Assembly (NCBI RefSeq): GCF_964355755.1
Contig: NC_092675.1
Location: 13,077,812-13,141,811 of the forward strand
Length of the DNA stretch: 64,000 bases
Source of the DNA: Antedon mediterranea
Lineage: Eukaryota > Animalia > Echinodermata
Direction of reading: 5' to 3'
The notes beneath the pieces were generated by a model that saw only the letters and a list, made by a program, of their open reading frames with translations, was not told the DNA's origin and searched no databases. Shown here in pieces: positions 39,776 through 54,700 of this stretch. The position numbers and the translations under genes are program-made. Within the stretch, counting starts at the first letter, position 1. Every line of letters begins with the position of its first letter.

Positions 39776-42698
39776 TAACACTTTTCACACAAAAACATCA
39801 AAGAGCACAAAATAGCTTAATATCGTATTTAAAAACGTTTTAGACCATTTTGAGCCTTTAGACAAAACTTTTTTCACACAAAACACCAAAGTGCTTAGAA
39901 TAGCTTCAAATCGCATTTGGAGACGTTTTAGACCATTTTGTGCATTTCGATGAAACTTGGTTACACAAAAACATCAAAGTGCTTAAAATCACATTATAAA
40001 TCGTTTTAGACCATTTTGAGCATTTCGACAAAACTTTTTCACACAAAATACCAAAGTGCTTAGAATAGCTTCAAATCGCATTTGGAGACGTTTTAGACCA
40101 TTTTGTGATTTTCGAAAAAACTTTTTAACATAAAAACACCAAAGTGCTTAGAATAGCTTCAAATCACATTTGGAGACGTTTTAGACCATAAGTGCTTAGA
40201 ATCACATTATAAACCGTTTTAGACCATTTTGAGCATTTCGATAACAATTTTCACACAAAAACATCAAAGAGCACAAAATAGCTTAATATCGTATTTAAAA
40301 ATGTTTTAGACCATTTTGAGCATTTAGATAAAACTTTTTCACACAAAACACCAAAGTGCTTAGAATAGCTTCAAATCGCATTTGGAGACGTTTTAGACCA
40401 TTTTGTGATTTTTGAAAAAACTTGTTAACATAAAAACACCAAAGTGCTTAGAATAGCTTCAAATCACATTTGGAGACGTTTTAGACCATTTTGTGATTTT
40501 CGAAAAAACTTGTTAACATAAAAACACGAAAGTGCTTAGAATAGCTTCAAATCGCATTTGGAAACGTTTTAGACCATTTAGTGATTTTCGAAAAAACTTG
40601 TTAACATAAAAACACGAAAGTGCTTAGAATAGCTTCAAATCGCATTTGGAAACGTTTTAGACCATTTTGTGATTTTCGAAAAAAATTGTTAACATAAAAA
40701 CACCAAAGTGTTTAGAATAGCTTCAAATCGCATTTGGAGACGTTTTAGACCAATTTGTGATTTTCGAAAAAACTTATCAACATAAAAACACCAAAGGGTT
40801 TAGAATAGCTTCAAATCGCATTTGGAGACGTTTTAGACCATTTTGTGATTTTCGAAAAAACTTGTTAACATAAAAACACGAAAGTGCTTAGAATAGCTTC
40901 AAATCGCATTTGGAAACGTTTTAGACCATTTTGTGATTTTCGAAAAAACTTGTTAACATAAAAACATGAAAGTGCTTAGAATAGCTTCAAATCGTATTTG
41001 GAGACGTTTTAGACCATTTTGTGATTTTCGAAAAAACTTGTTAACATAAAAACACCAATGTGCTTAGAATAGCTTCAAATCGCATTTTGAGACGTTTTAG
41101 ACCATTTTGTGCATTTCGATGAAACTTGGTTACACAAAAACATCAAAGTGCTTAAAATCACATTATAAACCATTTTAGACCATTTTGAGCATTTCGATAA
41201 CACTTTTCACACAAAAACATCAAAGAGCACAAAATAGCTTAATATCGTATTTAAAAACGTTTTAGACCATTTTGAGCCTTTAGACAAAACTTTTTCACAC
41301 AAAACACCAAAGTGCTTAGAATAGCTTCAAATCGCATTTGGAGACGTTTTAGACCATTTTGTGCATTTCGATGAAACTTGGTTACACAAAAACATCAAAG
41401 TGCTTAAAATCACATTATAAATCGTTTTAGACCATTTTGAGCATTTCGACAAAACTTTTTCACACAAAATACCAAAGTGCTTAGAATAGCTTCAAATCGC
41501 ATTTGGAGACGTTTTAGACCATTTTGTGATTTTCGAAAAAACTTTTTAACATAAAAACACCAAAGTGCTTAGAATAGCTTCAAATCACATTTGGAGACGT
41601 TTTAGACCATAAGTGCTTAGAATCACATTATAAACCGTTTTAGACCATTTTGAGCATTTCGATAACAATTTTCACACAAAAACATCAAAGAGCACAAAAT
41701 AGCTTAATATCGTATTTAAAAATGTTTTAGACCATTTTGAGCATTTAGATAAAACTTTTTCACACAAAACACCAAAGTGCTTAGAATAGCTTCAAATCGC
41801 ATTTGGAGACGTTTTAGACCATTTTGTGATTTTTGAAAAAACTTGTTAACATAAAAACACCAAAGTGCTTAGAATAGCTTCAAATCACATTTGGAGACGT
41901 TTTAGACCATTTTGTGATTTTCGAAAAAACTTGTTAACATAAAAACACGAAAGTGCTTAGAATAGCTTCAAATCGCATTTGGAAACGTTTTAGACCATTT
42001 AGTGATTTTCGAAAAAACTTGTTAACATAAAAACACGAAAGTGCTTAGAATAGCTTCAAATCGCATTTGGAAACGTTTTAGACCATTTTGTGATTTTCGA
42101 AAAAAATTGTTAACATAAAAACACCAAAGTGTTTAGAATAGCTTCAAATCGCATTTGGAGACGTTTTAGACCAATTTGTGATTTTCGAAAAAACTTATCA
42201 ACATAAAAACACCAAAGGGTTTAGAATAGCTTCAAATCGCATTTGGAGACGTTTTAGACCATTTTGTGATTTTCGAAAAAACTTGTTAACATAAAAACAC
42301 GAAAGTGCTTAGAATAGCTTCAAATCGCATTTGGAAACGTTTTAGACCATTTTGTGATTTTCGAAAAAACTTGTTAACATAAAAACATGAAAGTGCTTAG
42401 AATAGCTTCAAATCGTATTTGGAGACGTTTTAGACCATTTTGTGATTTTCGAAAAAACTTGTTAACATAAAAACACCAATGTGCTTAGAATAGCTTCAAA
42501 TCGCATTTTGAGACGTTTTAGACCATTTTGTGCATTTCGATGAAACTTGGTTACACAAAAACATCAAAGTGCTTAAAATCACATTATAAACCATTTTAGA
42601 CCATTTTGAGCATTTCGATAACACTTTTCACACAAAAACATCAAAGAGCACAAAATAGCTTAATATCGTATTTAAAAACGTTTTAGACCATTTTGAGC
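39776..42698 (+). repeat. Local tandem duplication, ~1421-bp period
   Basis: CCATAAG 40186/41607; GAGCCTTTAG, CATTTAGTG, CATGAAAG and CCAATGTG occur in both copies in the same order. Confidence 0.87.
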
Positions 42699-43049
42699 AT
42701 TTCGACAAAACTTTTTCACACAAAACACCAAAGTGCTTAGAATAGCTTCAAATCGCATTTGGAGACGTTTTAGACCATTTTGTGATTTTCGAAAAAACTT
42801 GTTAACATAAAAACATCAAAGTGTACAGAATAACTTCAAATCGCATTTGGAGACCGTTTTAGGCCAATTTGTGATTTTCGAAAAAACTTGTTAACCTAAA
42901 AATACCAAAGTGTTTAGAATAGCTTCAAATCGCATTTGGAGACGTTTTAGAACATTTTGTGATTTTCGAAAAAACTTGTTAACATAAAAACACCAAAGTG
43001 CTTCAAATCGCATTTGGAGACATTTTAGACCAATTTGTGATTTTTGAAA

Positions 43050-45450
43050 AAACTTGTTAACATAAAAACACCAAAGTGCTTACAATAGCTTCAAATCGTA
43101 TTTGGAGACGTTTTAGACCATTTTGTGATTTTCGAAAAAACTTGTTAACATAAAAACACCAAAGTACTTAGAATAGCTTCAAATCGCATTTGGAGACGTT
43201 TTAGACCATTTTATGCATTTCGATGAAACTTGGTTACACAAAAACATCAAAGTGCTTAAAATCACATTATAATCCGTTTTAGACCATTTTGAGCATTTCG
43301 ATAACACTTTTCACACAAAAACATCAAAGAGCACAAAATAGCTTAATATCGTATTTAAAAACTTTTTAGACCATTTTGAGCATTTCGACAAAACTTTTTC
43401 ACACAAAACACCAAAGTGCTTAGAATAGCTTCAAATCGCATTTGGAGACGTTTTAGACCATTTTGTGATTTTCGAAAAAAATTGTTAACATAAAAACACG
43501 AAAGTGCTTAGAATAGCTTCAAATCGCATTTGGAAACGTTTTAGACCATTTTGTGATTTTCGAAAAAAATTGTTAACATAAAAACACCAAAGTGTTTAGA
43601 ATAGCTTCAAATCGCATTTGGAGACGTTTTAGACCAATTTGTGATTTTCGAAAAAACTTATCAACATAAAAACACCAAAGGGTTTAGAATAGCTTCAAAT
43701 CGCATTTGGAGACGTTTTAGACCATTTTGTGATTTTGAAAAAACTTGTTAACATAAAAACACCAAAGTGCTTAGAATAGCTTCAAATCGCATTTGGAGAC
43801 GTTTTAGACCATTTTGTGATTTTCGAAAAAACTTGTTAACATAAAAACACCAAAGTGCTTAGAATAGCTTCAAATCGTATTTGGAGACGTTTTAGACCAT
43901 TTTGAGATTTTCGAAAAAAATTGGTTACACAAAAACATCAAAGTGCTTAAAATCACATTATAAACCGTTTTAGACCATTTTTAGCATTTCGGTAACACTT
44001 TTCACACAAAAACATCAAAGAGCACAAAATAGCTTAATATCGTATTTAAAAACGTTTTAGACCATTTTGAGCATTTAGACAAAACTTTTTCACACAAAAC
44101 ACCAAAGTGCTTAGAATAGCTTCAAATCGCATTTGGAGACGTTTTAGACCATTTTGTGCATTTCGATGAAACTTGGTTACACAAAAACATCAAAGTGCTT
44201 AAAATCACATTATAAATCGTTTTAGACCATTTTGAGCATTTCGACAAAACTTTTTCACACAAAATACCAAAGTGCTTAGAATAGCTTCAAATCGCATTTG
44301 GAGACGTTTTAGACCATTTTGTGATTTTCGAAAAAACTTTTTAACATAAAAACACCAAAGTGCTTAGAATAGCTTCAAATCACATTTGGAGACGTTTTAG
44401 ACCATAAGTGCTTAGAATCACATTATAAACCGTTTTAAACCATTTTGAGCATTTCGATAACAATTTTCACACAAAAACATCAAAGAGCACAAAATAGCTT
44501 AATATCGTATTTAAAAATGTTTTAGACCATTTTGAGCATTTAGATAAAACTTTTTCACACAAAACACCAAAGTGCTTAGAATAGCTTCAAATCGCATTTG
44601 GAGACGTTTTAGACCATTTTGTGATTTTTGAAAAAACTTGTTAACATAAAAACACCAAAGTGCTTAGAATAGCTTCAAATCACATTTGGAGATGTTTTAG
44701 ACCATTTTGTGATTTTTGAAAAAACTTGTTAACATAAAAACACGAAAGTGCTTAGAATAGCTTCAAATCACATTTGGAGACGTTGTAGACCATTTTGTGA
44801 TTTTTGAAAAAACTTGTTAACATAAAAACACGAAAGTGCTTAGAATAGCTTCAAATCGCATTTGGAAACGTTTTAGACCATTTTGTGATTTTCGAAAAAG
44901 ATTGTTAACATAAAAACACCAATGTGCTTAGAATCACAATATAAACCGTTTTAGACCATTTTGAGCATTTCGATAACAATTTTCACACAAAAACATCAAA
45001 GAGCACAAAATAGCTTAATATCGTATTTATAAATGTTTTAGACCATTTTGAGCATTTCGACAAAACTTTTTCACACAAAACACCAAAGTGCTTAGAATAG
45101 CTTCAAATCGCATTTGGAGACGTTTTTTATACCATTTTGTGATTTCGATGAAACTTGATTACACAAAAACATCAAAGTGCTTAAAATCACATTATAAACC
45201 GTTTTAGACCATTTTGAGCATTTCGATAACACTTTTCACACAAAAACATCAAAGAGCACAAAATAGCTTAATATCGTATTTAAAAACGTTTTAGACCATT
45301 TTGAGCATTTAGACAAAACTTTTTCACACAAAACACCAAAGTGCTTAGAATAGCTTCAAATCGCATTTGGAGACGTTTTAGAACATTTTGTGTTTTTCGA
45401 AAAAAACTGTTAACATAAAAACACCAAAGTGCTTAGAATAGCTTCAAATC
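43050..45450 (+). repeat. Dispersed duplicate of ~33550-36520 without the internal 564-bp duplication
   Basis: TTAGCATTTCGG 34484/43981 (offset 9497); TGTAGACC 35851/44784 and CGTTTTTTATACC 36188/45121 (offset 8933 = 9497 - 564). Confidence 0.85.
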
Positions 45451-48400
45451 GCATTTGGAGACGTTTTAGACCATTTTGTGATTTTTGAAAAAACTTGTTA
45501 ACATAAAAACACCAAAGTGCTTAGAATAGCTTCAAATCACATTTGGAGACGTTTTAGACCATTTTGTGATTTTCGAAAAAACTTGTTAACATAAAAACAC
45601 GAAAGTGGTTAGAATAGCTTCAAATCGCATTTGGAAACGTTTTAGACGATTTTGTGATTTTCGAAAAAGATTGTTAACATAAAAACACCAAAGTGCTTAG
45701 AATCACAATATAAACCGTTTTAGACCATTTTGAGCATTTCGATAACAATTTTCACACAAAAACATCAAAGAGCACAAAATAGCTTAATATCGTATTTAAA
45801 AATGTTTTAGACCATTTTGAGCATTTAGATAAAACTTTTTCACACAAAACACCAAAGTGCTTAGAATAGCTTCAAATCGCATTTGGAGACGGTTTAGACC
45901 ATTTTGTGATTTTGAAAAAACTTGTTAACATAAAAACACCAAAGTGCTTAGAATAGCTTCAAATCGCATTTGGAGACGTTTTAGACCATTTTGTGATTTT
46001 CGAAAGAACTTGTTAACATAAAAACACCAAAGTGCTTAGAATAGCTTCAAATCGTATTTGGAGACGTTTTAGACCATTTTGAGATTTTCGAAAAAACTTG
46101 GTTACACAAAAACATCAAAGTGCTTAAAATCACATTATAAACCGTTTTAGACCATTTTGAACATTTCGATAACACTTTTCACACAAAAACATCAAAGAGC
46201 ACAAAATAGCTTAATATCGTATTTAAAAACGTTTTAGACCATTTTGAGCATTTCGACAAAACTTTTTCACACAAAACACCAAAGTGCTTAGAATAGCTTC
46301 AAATCGCATTTGGAGACGTTTTAGACCAATTTGTGCATTTCGATGAAACTTGATTACACAAAAACATCAACGTGCTTAAAATCACATTATAAACCGTTTT
46401 AGACCATTTTGAGCATTTCGATAACACTTTTCACACAAAAACATCAAAGAGCACAAAATAGCTTAATATCGTATTTAAAAACGTTTTAGACCATTTTTTG
46501 AGCATTTAGACAAAACTTTTTCACACAAAACACCAAAGTGCTTAGAATAGCTTCAAATCGCATTTGGAGACGTTTTAGACCATTTTGTGATTTTCGAAAA
46601 AACTTATCAACATAAAAACACCAAAAGGTTTAGAATAGCTTCAAATCGCATTTGGAGACGTTTTAGACCATTTTGTGATTTTTGAAAAAACTTGTTAACA
46701 TAAAAACACCAAAGTGCTTAGAATAGCTTCAAATCGCATTTGGAGACGTTTTAGACCATTTTGTGATTTTCGAAAAAACTTGTTAACATAAAAACACCAA
46801 AGTGCTTAGAATAGCTTCAAATCGTATTTGGAGACGTTTTAGACCATTTTGAGATTTTCGAAAAAACTTGGTTACACAAAAACATCAAAGTGCTTAAAAT
46901 CACATTATAAACCGTTTTAGACCATTTTGAGCATTTCGATAACACTTTTCACACAAAAACATCAAAGAGCACAAAATAGCTTAATATCGTATTTAAAAAC
47001 GTTTTAGACCATTTTGAGCATTTCGACAAAACTTTTTCACACAAAACACCAAAGTGCTTAGAATAGCTTCAAATCGCATTTGGAGACGTTTTAGACCAAT
47101 TTGTGCATTTCGATGAAACTTGATTACACAAAAACATCAAAGTGCTTAAAATCACATTATAAACCGTTTTAGACCATTTTGAGCATTTCGATAACACTTT
47201 TCACACAAAAACATCAAAGAGCACAAAATAGCTTAATATCGTATTTAAAAACGTTTTAGACCATTTTGAGCATTTAGACAAAACTTTTTCACACAAAACA
47301 CCAAAGTGCTTAGAATAGCTTCAAATCGCATTTGGAGACGTTTTAGAACATTTTGTGTTTTTCGAAAAAAACTGTTAACATAAAAACACCAAAGTGCTTA
47401 GAATAGCTTCAAATCGCATTTGGAGACGTTTTAGAACATTTTGTGTTCTTCGAAAAAACCTGTTAACATAAAAACACCAAAGTGCTTAGAATAGCTTCAA
47501 ATCGCATTTGGAGACGTTTTAGACCATTTTGTGATTTTTGAAAAAACTTGTTAACATAAAAACACCAAAGTGCTTAGAATAGCTTCAAATCACATTTGGA
47601 GACGTTTTAGACCATTTTGTGATTTTCGAAAAAACTTGTTAACATAAAAACACGAAAGTGCTTAGAATAGCTTCAAATCGCATTTGGAAACGTTTTAGAC
47701 CATTTTGTGATTTTCGAAAAAGATTGTTAACATAAAAACACCAAAGTGCTTAGAATCACAATATAAACCGTTTTAGACCATTTTGAGCATTTCGATAACA
47801 ATTTTCACACAAAAACATCAAAAACACCAAAGTGCTAAGAATAGCTTCAAATCGCATTTGGAGACGTTTTAGACCATTTTGTGATTTTCGAAAAAACTTG
47901 TTAACATAAAAACACCAAAGTGCTTAGAATAGCTTCAAATCGTATTTGGAGACGTTTTAGACCATTTTGAGATTTTCGAAAAAACTTGGTTACACAAAAA
48001 CATCAAAGTGCTTAAAATCACATTATAAACCGTTTTAGACCATTTTGAACATTTCGATAACACTTTTCACACAAAAACATCAAAGAGCACAAAATAGCTT
48101 AATATCGTATTTAAAAACGTTTTAAACCATTTTGAGCATTTCGACAAAACTTTTTCACACAAAACACCAAAGTGCTTAGAATAGCTTCAAATCGCATTTG
48201 GAGACGTTTTAGACCAATTTGTGCATTTCGATGAAACTTGATTACACAAAAACATCAAAGTGCTTAAAATCACATTATAAACCGTTTTAGACCATTTTGA
48301 GCATTTCGATAACACTTTTCACACAAAAACATCAAAGAGCACAAAATAGCTTAATATCGTATTTAAAAACGTTTTAGACCATTTTGAGCATTTAGACAAA

Positions 48401-48724
48401 ACTTTTTCACACAAAACACCAAAGTGCTTAGAATAGCTTCAAAACGCATTTGGAGACGTTTTAGACCATTTTGTGCATTTCGATGAAACTTGGTTACACA
48501 AAAACATCAAAGTGCTTAAAATCACATTATAAATCGTTTTAGACCATTTTGAGCATTTCGACAAAACTTTTTCACACAAAATACCAAAGTGCTTAGAATA
48601 GCTTCAAATCGCATTTGGAGACGTTTTAGACCATTTTGTGATTTTCGAAAAAACTTTTTAACATAAAAACACCAAAGTGCTTAGAATAGCTTCAAATCAC
48701 ATTTGGAGACATTTTAGACCATAA

Positions 48725-51700
48725 GTGCTTAGAATCACATTATAAACCGTTTTAGACCATTTTGAGCATTTCGATAACAATTTTCACACAAAAACATCAA
48801 AGAGCACAAAATAGCTTAATATCGTATTTAAAAATGTTTTAGACCATTTTGAGCATTTAGATAAAACTTTTTCACACAAAACACCAAAGTGCTTAGAATA
48901 GCTTCAAATCGCATTTGGAGACGTTTTAGACCATTTTGTGATTTTTGAAAAAACTTGTTAACATAAAAACACCAAAGTGCTTAGAATAGCTTCAAATCAC
49001 ATTTGGAGACGTTTTAGACCATTTTGTGATTTTCGAAAAAACTTGTTAACATAAAAACACGAAAGTGCTTAGAATAGCTTCAAATCGCATTTGGAAACGT
49101 TTTAGACCATTTTGTGATTTTCGAAAAAACTTGTTAACATAAAAACACGAAAGTGCTTAGAATAGCTTCAAATCGCATTTGGAAACGTTTTAGACCATTT
49201 TGTGAATTTCGAAAAAACTTGTTAACATAAAAACACGAAAGTGCTTAGAATAGCTTCAAATCGCATTTGGAAACGTTTTAGACCATTTTGTGATTTTCGA
49301 AAAAAAATTGTTAACATAAAAACACCAAAGTGTTTAGAATAGCTTCAAATCGCATTTGGAGACGTTTTAGACCAATTTGTGATTTTCGAAAAAACTTATC
49401 AACATAAAAACACCAAAGGGTTTAGAATAGCTTCAAATCGCATTTGGAGACGTTTTAGACCATTTTGTGATTTTGAAAAAACTTGTTAACATAAAAACAC
49501 CAAAGTGCTTAGAATAGCTTCAAATCGCATTTGGAGACGTTTTAGACCATTTTGTGATTTTCGAAAAAACTTGTTAACATAAAAACACCAAAGTGCTTAG
49601 AATAGCTTCAAATCGTATTTGGAGACGTTTTAGACCATTTTGAGATTTTCGAAAAAACTTGGTTACACAAAAACATCAAAGTGCTTAAAATCACATTATA
49701 AACCGTTTTAGACCATTTTGAGCATTTCGGTAACACTTTTCACACAAAAACATCAAAGAGCACAAAATAGCTTAATATCGTATTTAAAAACGTTTTAGAC
49801 CATTTTGAGCCTTTAGACAAAACTTTTTCACACAAAACACCAAAGTGCTTAGAATAGCTTCAAATCGCATTTGGAGACGTTTTAGACCATTTTGTGCATT
49901 TCGATGAAACTTGGTTACACAAAAACATCAAAGTGCTTAAAATCACATTATAAATCGTTTTAGACCATTTTGAGCATTTCGACAAAACTTTTTCACACAA
50001 AATACCAAAGTGCTTAGAATAGCTTCAAATCGCATTTGGAGACGTTTTAGACCATTTTGTGATTTTCGAAAAAACTTTTTAACATAAAAACACCAAAGTG
50101 CTTAGAATAGCTTCAAATCACATTTGGAGACGTTTTAGACCATAAGTGCTTAGAATCACATTATAAACCGTTTTAGACCATTTTGAGCATTTCGATAACA
50201 ATTTTCACACAAAAACATCAAAGAGCACAAAATAGCTTAATATCGTATTTAAAAATGTTTTAGACCATTTTGAGCATTTAGATAAAACTTTTTCACACAA
50301 AACACCAAAGGGTTTAGAATAGCTTCAAATCGCATTTGGAGACGTTTTAGACCATTTTGTGATTTTTGAAAAAACTTGTTAACATAAAAACACCAAAGTG
50401 CTTAGAATAGCTTCAAATCACATTTGGAGACGTTTTAGACCATTTTGTGATTTTCGAAAAAACTTGTTAACATAAAAACACGAAAGTGCTTAGAATAGCT
50501 TCAAATCGCATTTGGAAACGTTTTAGACCATTTAGTGATTTTCGAAAAAACTTGTTAACATAAAAACACGAAAGTGCTTAGAATAGCTTCAAATCGCATT
50601 TGGAAACGTTTTAGACCATTTTGTGATTTTCGAAAAAAATTGTTAACATAAAAACACCAAAGTGTTTAGAATAGCTTCAAATCGCATTTGGAGACGTTTT
50701 AGACCAATTTGTGATTTTCGAAAAAACTTATCAACATAAAAACACCAAAGGGTTTAGAATAGCTTCAAATCGCATTTGGAGACGTTTTAGACCATTTTGT
50801 GATTTTCGAAAAAACTTGTTAACATAAAAACACGAAAGTGCTTAGAATAGCTTCAAATCGCATTTGGAAACGTTTTAGACCATTTTGTGATTTTCGAAAA
50901 AACTTGTTAACATAAAAACATGAAAGTGCTTAGAATAGCTTCAAATCGTATTTGGAGACGTTTTAGACCATTTTGTGATTTTCGAAAAAAACTGTTAACA
51001 TAAAAACACCAAAGTGCTTAGAATAGCTTCAAATCGCATTTGGAGATGTTTTAGAACATTTTGTGTTCTTCGAAAAAACCTGTTAACATAAAAACACCAA
51101 AGTGCTTAGAATAGCTTCAAATCGCATTTGGAGACGTTTTAGACCATTTTGTGATTTTTGAAAAAACTTGTTAACATAAAAACACCAAAGTGCTTAGAAT
51201 AGCTTCAAATCACATTTGGAGACGTTTTAGACCATTTTGTGATTTTCGAAAAAACTTGTTAACATAAAAACACGAAAGTGGTTAGAATAGCTTCAAATCG
51301 CATTTGGAAACGTTTTAGACCATTTTGTGATTTTCGAAAAAGATTGTTAACATAAAAACACCAAAGTGCTTAGAATCACAATATAAACCGTTTTAGACCA
51401 TTTTGAGCATTTCGATAACAATTTTCACACAAAAACATCAAAGAGCACAAAATAGCTTAATATCGTATTTAAAAATGTTTTAGACCATTTTGAGCATTTA
51501 GATAAAACTTTTTCACACAAAACACCAAAGTGCTTAGAATAGCTTCAAATCGCATTTGGAGACGGTTTAGACCATTTTGTGATTTTGAAAAAACTTGTTA
51601 ACATAAAAACACCAAAGTGCTTAGAATAGCTTCAAATCGCATTTGGAGACGTTTTAGACCATTTTGTTATTTTCGAAAGAACTTGTTAACATAAAAACAC

Positions 51701-54700
51701 CAAAGTGCTTAGAATAGCTTCAAATCGTATTTGGAGACGTTTTAGACCATTTTGAGATTTTCGAAAAAACTTGGTTACACAAAAACATCAAAGTGCTTAA
51801 AATCACATTATAAACCGTTTTAGACCATTTTGAACATTTCGATAACACTTTTCACACAAAAACATCAAAGAGCACAAAATAGCTTAATATCGTATTTAAA
51901 AACGTTTTAGACCATTTTGAGCATTTCGACAAAACTTTTTCACACAAAACACCAAAGTGCTTAGAATAGCTTCAAATCGCATTTGGAGACGTTTTAGACC
52001 AATTTGTGCATTTCGATGAAACTTGATTACACAAAAACATCAACGTGCTTAAAATCACATTATAAACCGTTTTAGACCATTTTGAGCATTTCGATAACAC
52101 TTTTCACACAAAAACATCAAAGAGCACAAAATAGCTTAATATCGTATTTAAAAACGTTTTAGACCATTTTTTGAGCATTTAGACAAAACTTTTTCACACA
52201 AAACACCAAAGTGCTTAGAATAGCTTCAAATCGCATTTGGAGACGTTTTAGACCATTTTGTGATTTTCGAAAAAACTTATCAACATAAAAACACCAAAGG
52301 GTTTAGAATAGCTTCAAATCGCATTTGGAGACGTTTTAGACCATTTTGTGATTTTTGAAAAAACTTGTTAACATAAAAACACCAAAGTGCTTAGAATAGC
52401 TTCAAATCACATTTGGAGACGTTTTAGACCATTTTGTGATTTTCGAAAAAACTTGTTAACATAAAAACACGAAAGTGCTTAGAATAGCTTCAAATCGCAT
52501 TTGGAAACGTTTTAGACCATTTTGTGATTTTCGAAAAAGATTGTTAACATAAAAACACCAAAGTGCTTAGAATCACAATATAAACCGTTTTAGACCATTT
52601 TGAGCATTTCGATAACAATTTTCACACAAAAACATCAAAGAGCACAAAATAGCTTAATATCGTATTTAAAAATGTTTTAGACCATTTTGAGCATTTAGAT
52701 AAAATTTTTCACACAAAACACCAAAGTGCTTAGAATAGCTTCAAATCGCATTTGGAGACGGTTTAGACCATTTTGTGATTTTGAAAAAACTTGTTAACAT
52801 AAAAACACCAAAGTGCTTAGAATAGCTTCAAATCACATTTGGAGACGTTTTAGACCATTTTGTGATTTTGAACAAACTTGTTAACATAAAAACACCAAAG
52901 TGCTTAGAATAGCTTCAAATCGTATTTGGAGACGTTTTAGACCATTTTGAGATTTTCGAAAAAACTTGGTTACACAAAAACATCAAAGTGCTTAAAATCA
53001 CATTATAAACCGTTTTAGACCATTTTGAGCATTTCGATAACACTTTTCACACAAAAACATCAAAGAGCACAAAATAGCTTAATATCGTATTTAAAAACGT
53101 TTTAGACCATTTTGAGCATTTCGACAAAACTTTTTCACACAAAACACCAAAGTGCTTAGAATAGCTTCAAATCGCATTTGGAGACGTTTTAGACCAATTT
53201 GTGCATTTCGATGAAACTTGATTACACAAAAACATCAAAGTGCTTAAAATCACATTATAAAACGTTTTAGACCATTTTGAGCATTTCGATAACACTTTTC
53301 ACACAAAAACATCAAAGAGCACAAAATAGCTTAATATCGTATTTAAAAACGTTTTAGACCATTTTGAGCATTTAGACAAAACTTTTTCACACAAAACACC
53401 AAAGTGCTTAGAATAGCTTCAAATCGCATTTGGAGACGTTTTAGACCATTTTGTGCATTTCGATGAAACTTGGTTACACAAAAACATCAAAGTGCTTAAA
53501 ATCACATTATAAATCGTTTTAGACCATTTTGAGCATTTCGACAAAACTTTTTCACACAAAATACCAAAGTGCTTAGAATAGCTTCAAATCGCATTTGGAG
53601 ACGTTTTAGACCATTTTGTGATTTTCGAAAAAACTTTTTAACATAAAAACACCAAAGTGCTTAGAATAGCTTCAAATCACATTTGGAGACATTTTAGACC
53701 ATTTTGTGATTTTCGATAAAACTTGTTAACATAAAAACACGAAGTGCTTAGAATAGCTTCAAATCGCATTTGGAAACGTTTTAGACCATTTTGTGATTTT
53801 CGAAAAAAATTGTTAACATAAAAACACCAAAGTGCTTAGAATCACATTATAAACCGTTTTAGACCATTTTGAGCATTTCGATAACAATTTTCACACAAAA
53901 ACATCAAAGAGCACAAAATAGCTTAATATCGTATTTAAAAATGTTTTAGACCATTTTGAGCATTTAGATAAAACTTTTTCACACAAAACACCAAAGTGCT
54001 TAGAATAGCTTCAAATCGCATTTGGAGACGTTTTAGACCATTTTGTGATTTTTGAAAAAACTTGTTAACATAAAAACACCAAAGTGCTTAGAATAGCTTC
54101 AAATCACATTTGGAGACGTTTTAGACCATTTTGTGATTTTCGAAAAAACTTGTTAACATAAAAACACGAAAGTGCTTAGAATAGCTTCAAATCGCATTTG
54201 GAAACGTTTTAGACCATTTTGTGATTTTCGAAAAAACTTGTTAACATAAAAACACGAAAGTGCTTAGAATAGCTTCAAATCGCATTTGGAAACGTTTTAG
54301 ACCATTTTGTGATTTTCGAAAAAACTTGTTAACATAAAAACACGAAAGTGCTTAGAATAGCTTCAAATCGCATTTGGAAACGTTTTAGACCATTTTGTGA
54401 TTTTCGACAAAAAATTGTTAACATAAAAACACCAAAGTGTTTAGAATAGCTTCAAATCGCATTTGGAGACGTTTTAGACCAATTTGTGATTTTCGAAAAA
54501 ACTTATCAACATAAAAACACCAAAGGGTTTAGAATAGCTTCAAATCGCATTTGGAGACGTTTTAGACCATTTTGTGATTTTGAAAAAACTTGTTAACATA
54601 AAAACACCAAAGTGCTTAGAATAGCTTCAAATCGCATTTGGAGACGTTTTAGACCATTTTGTGATTTTCGAAAAAACTTGTTAACATAAAAACACCAAAG

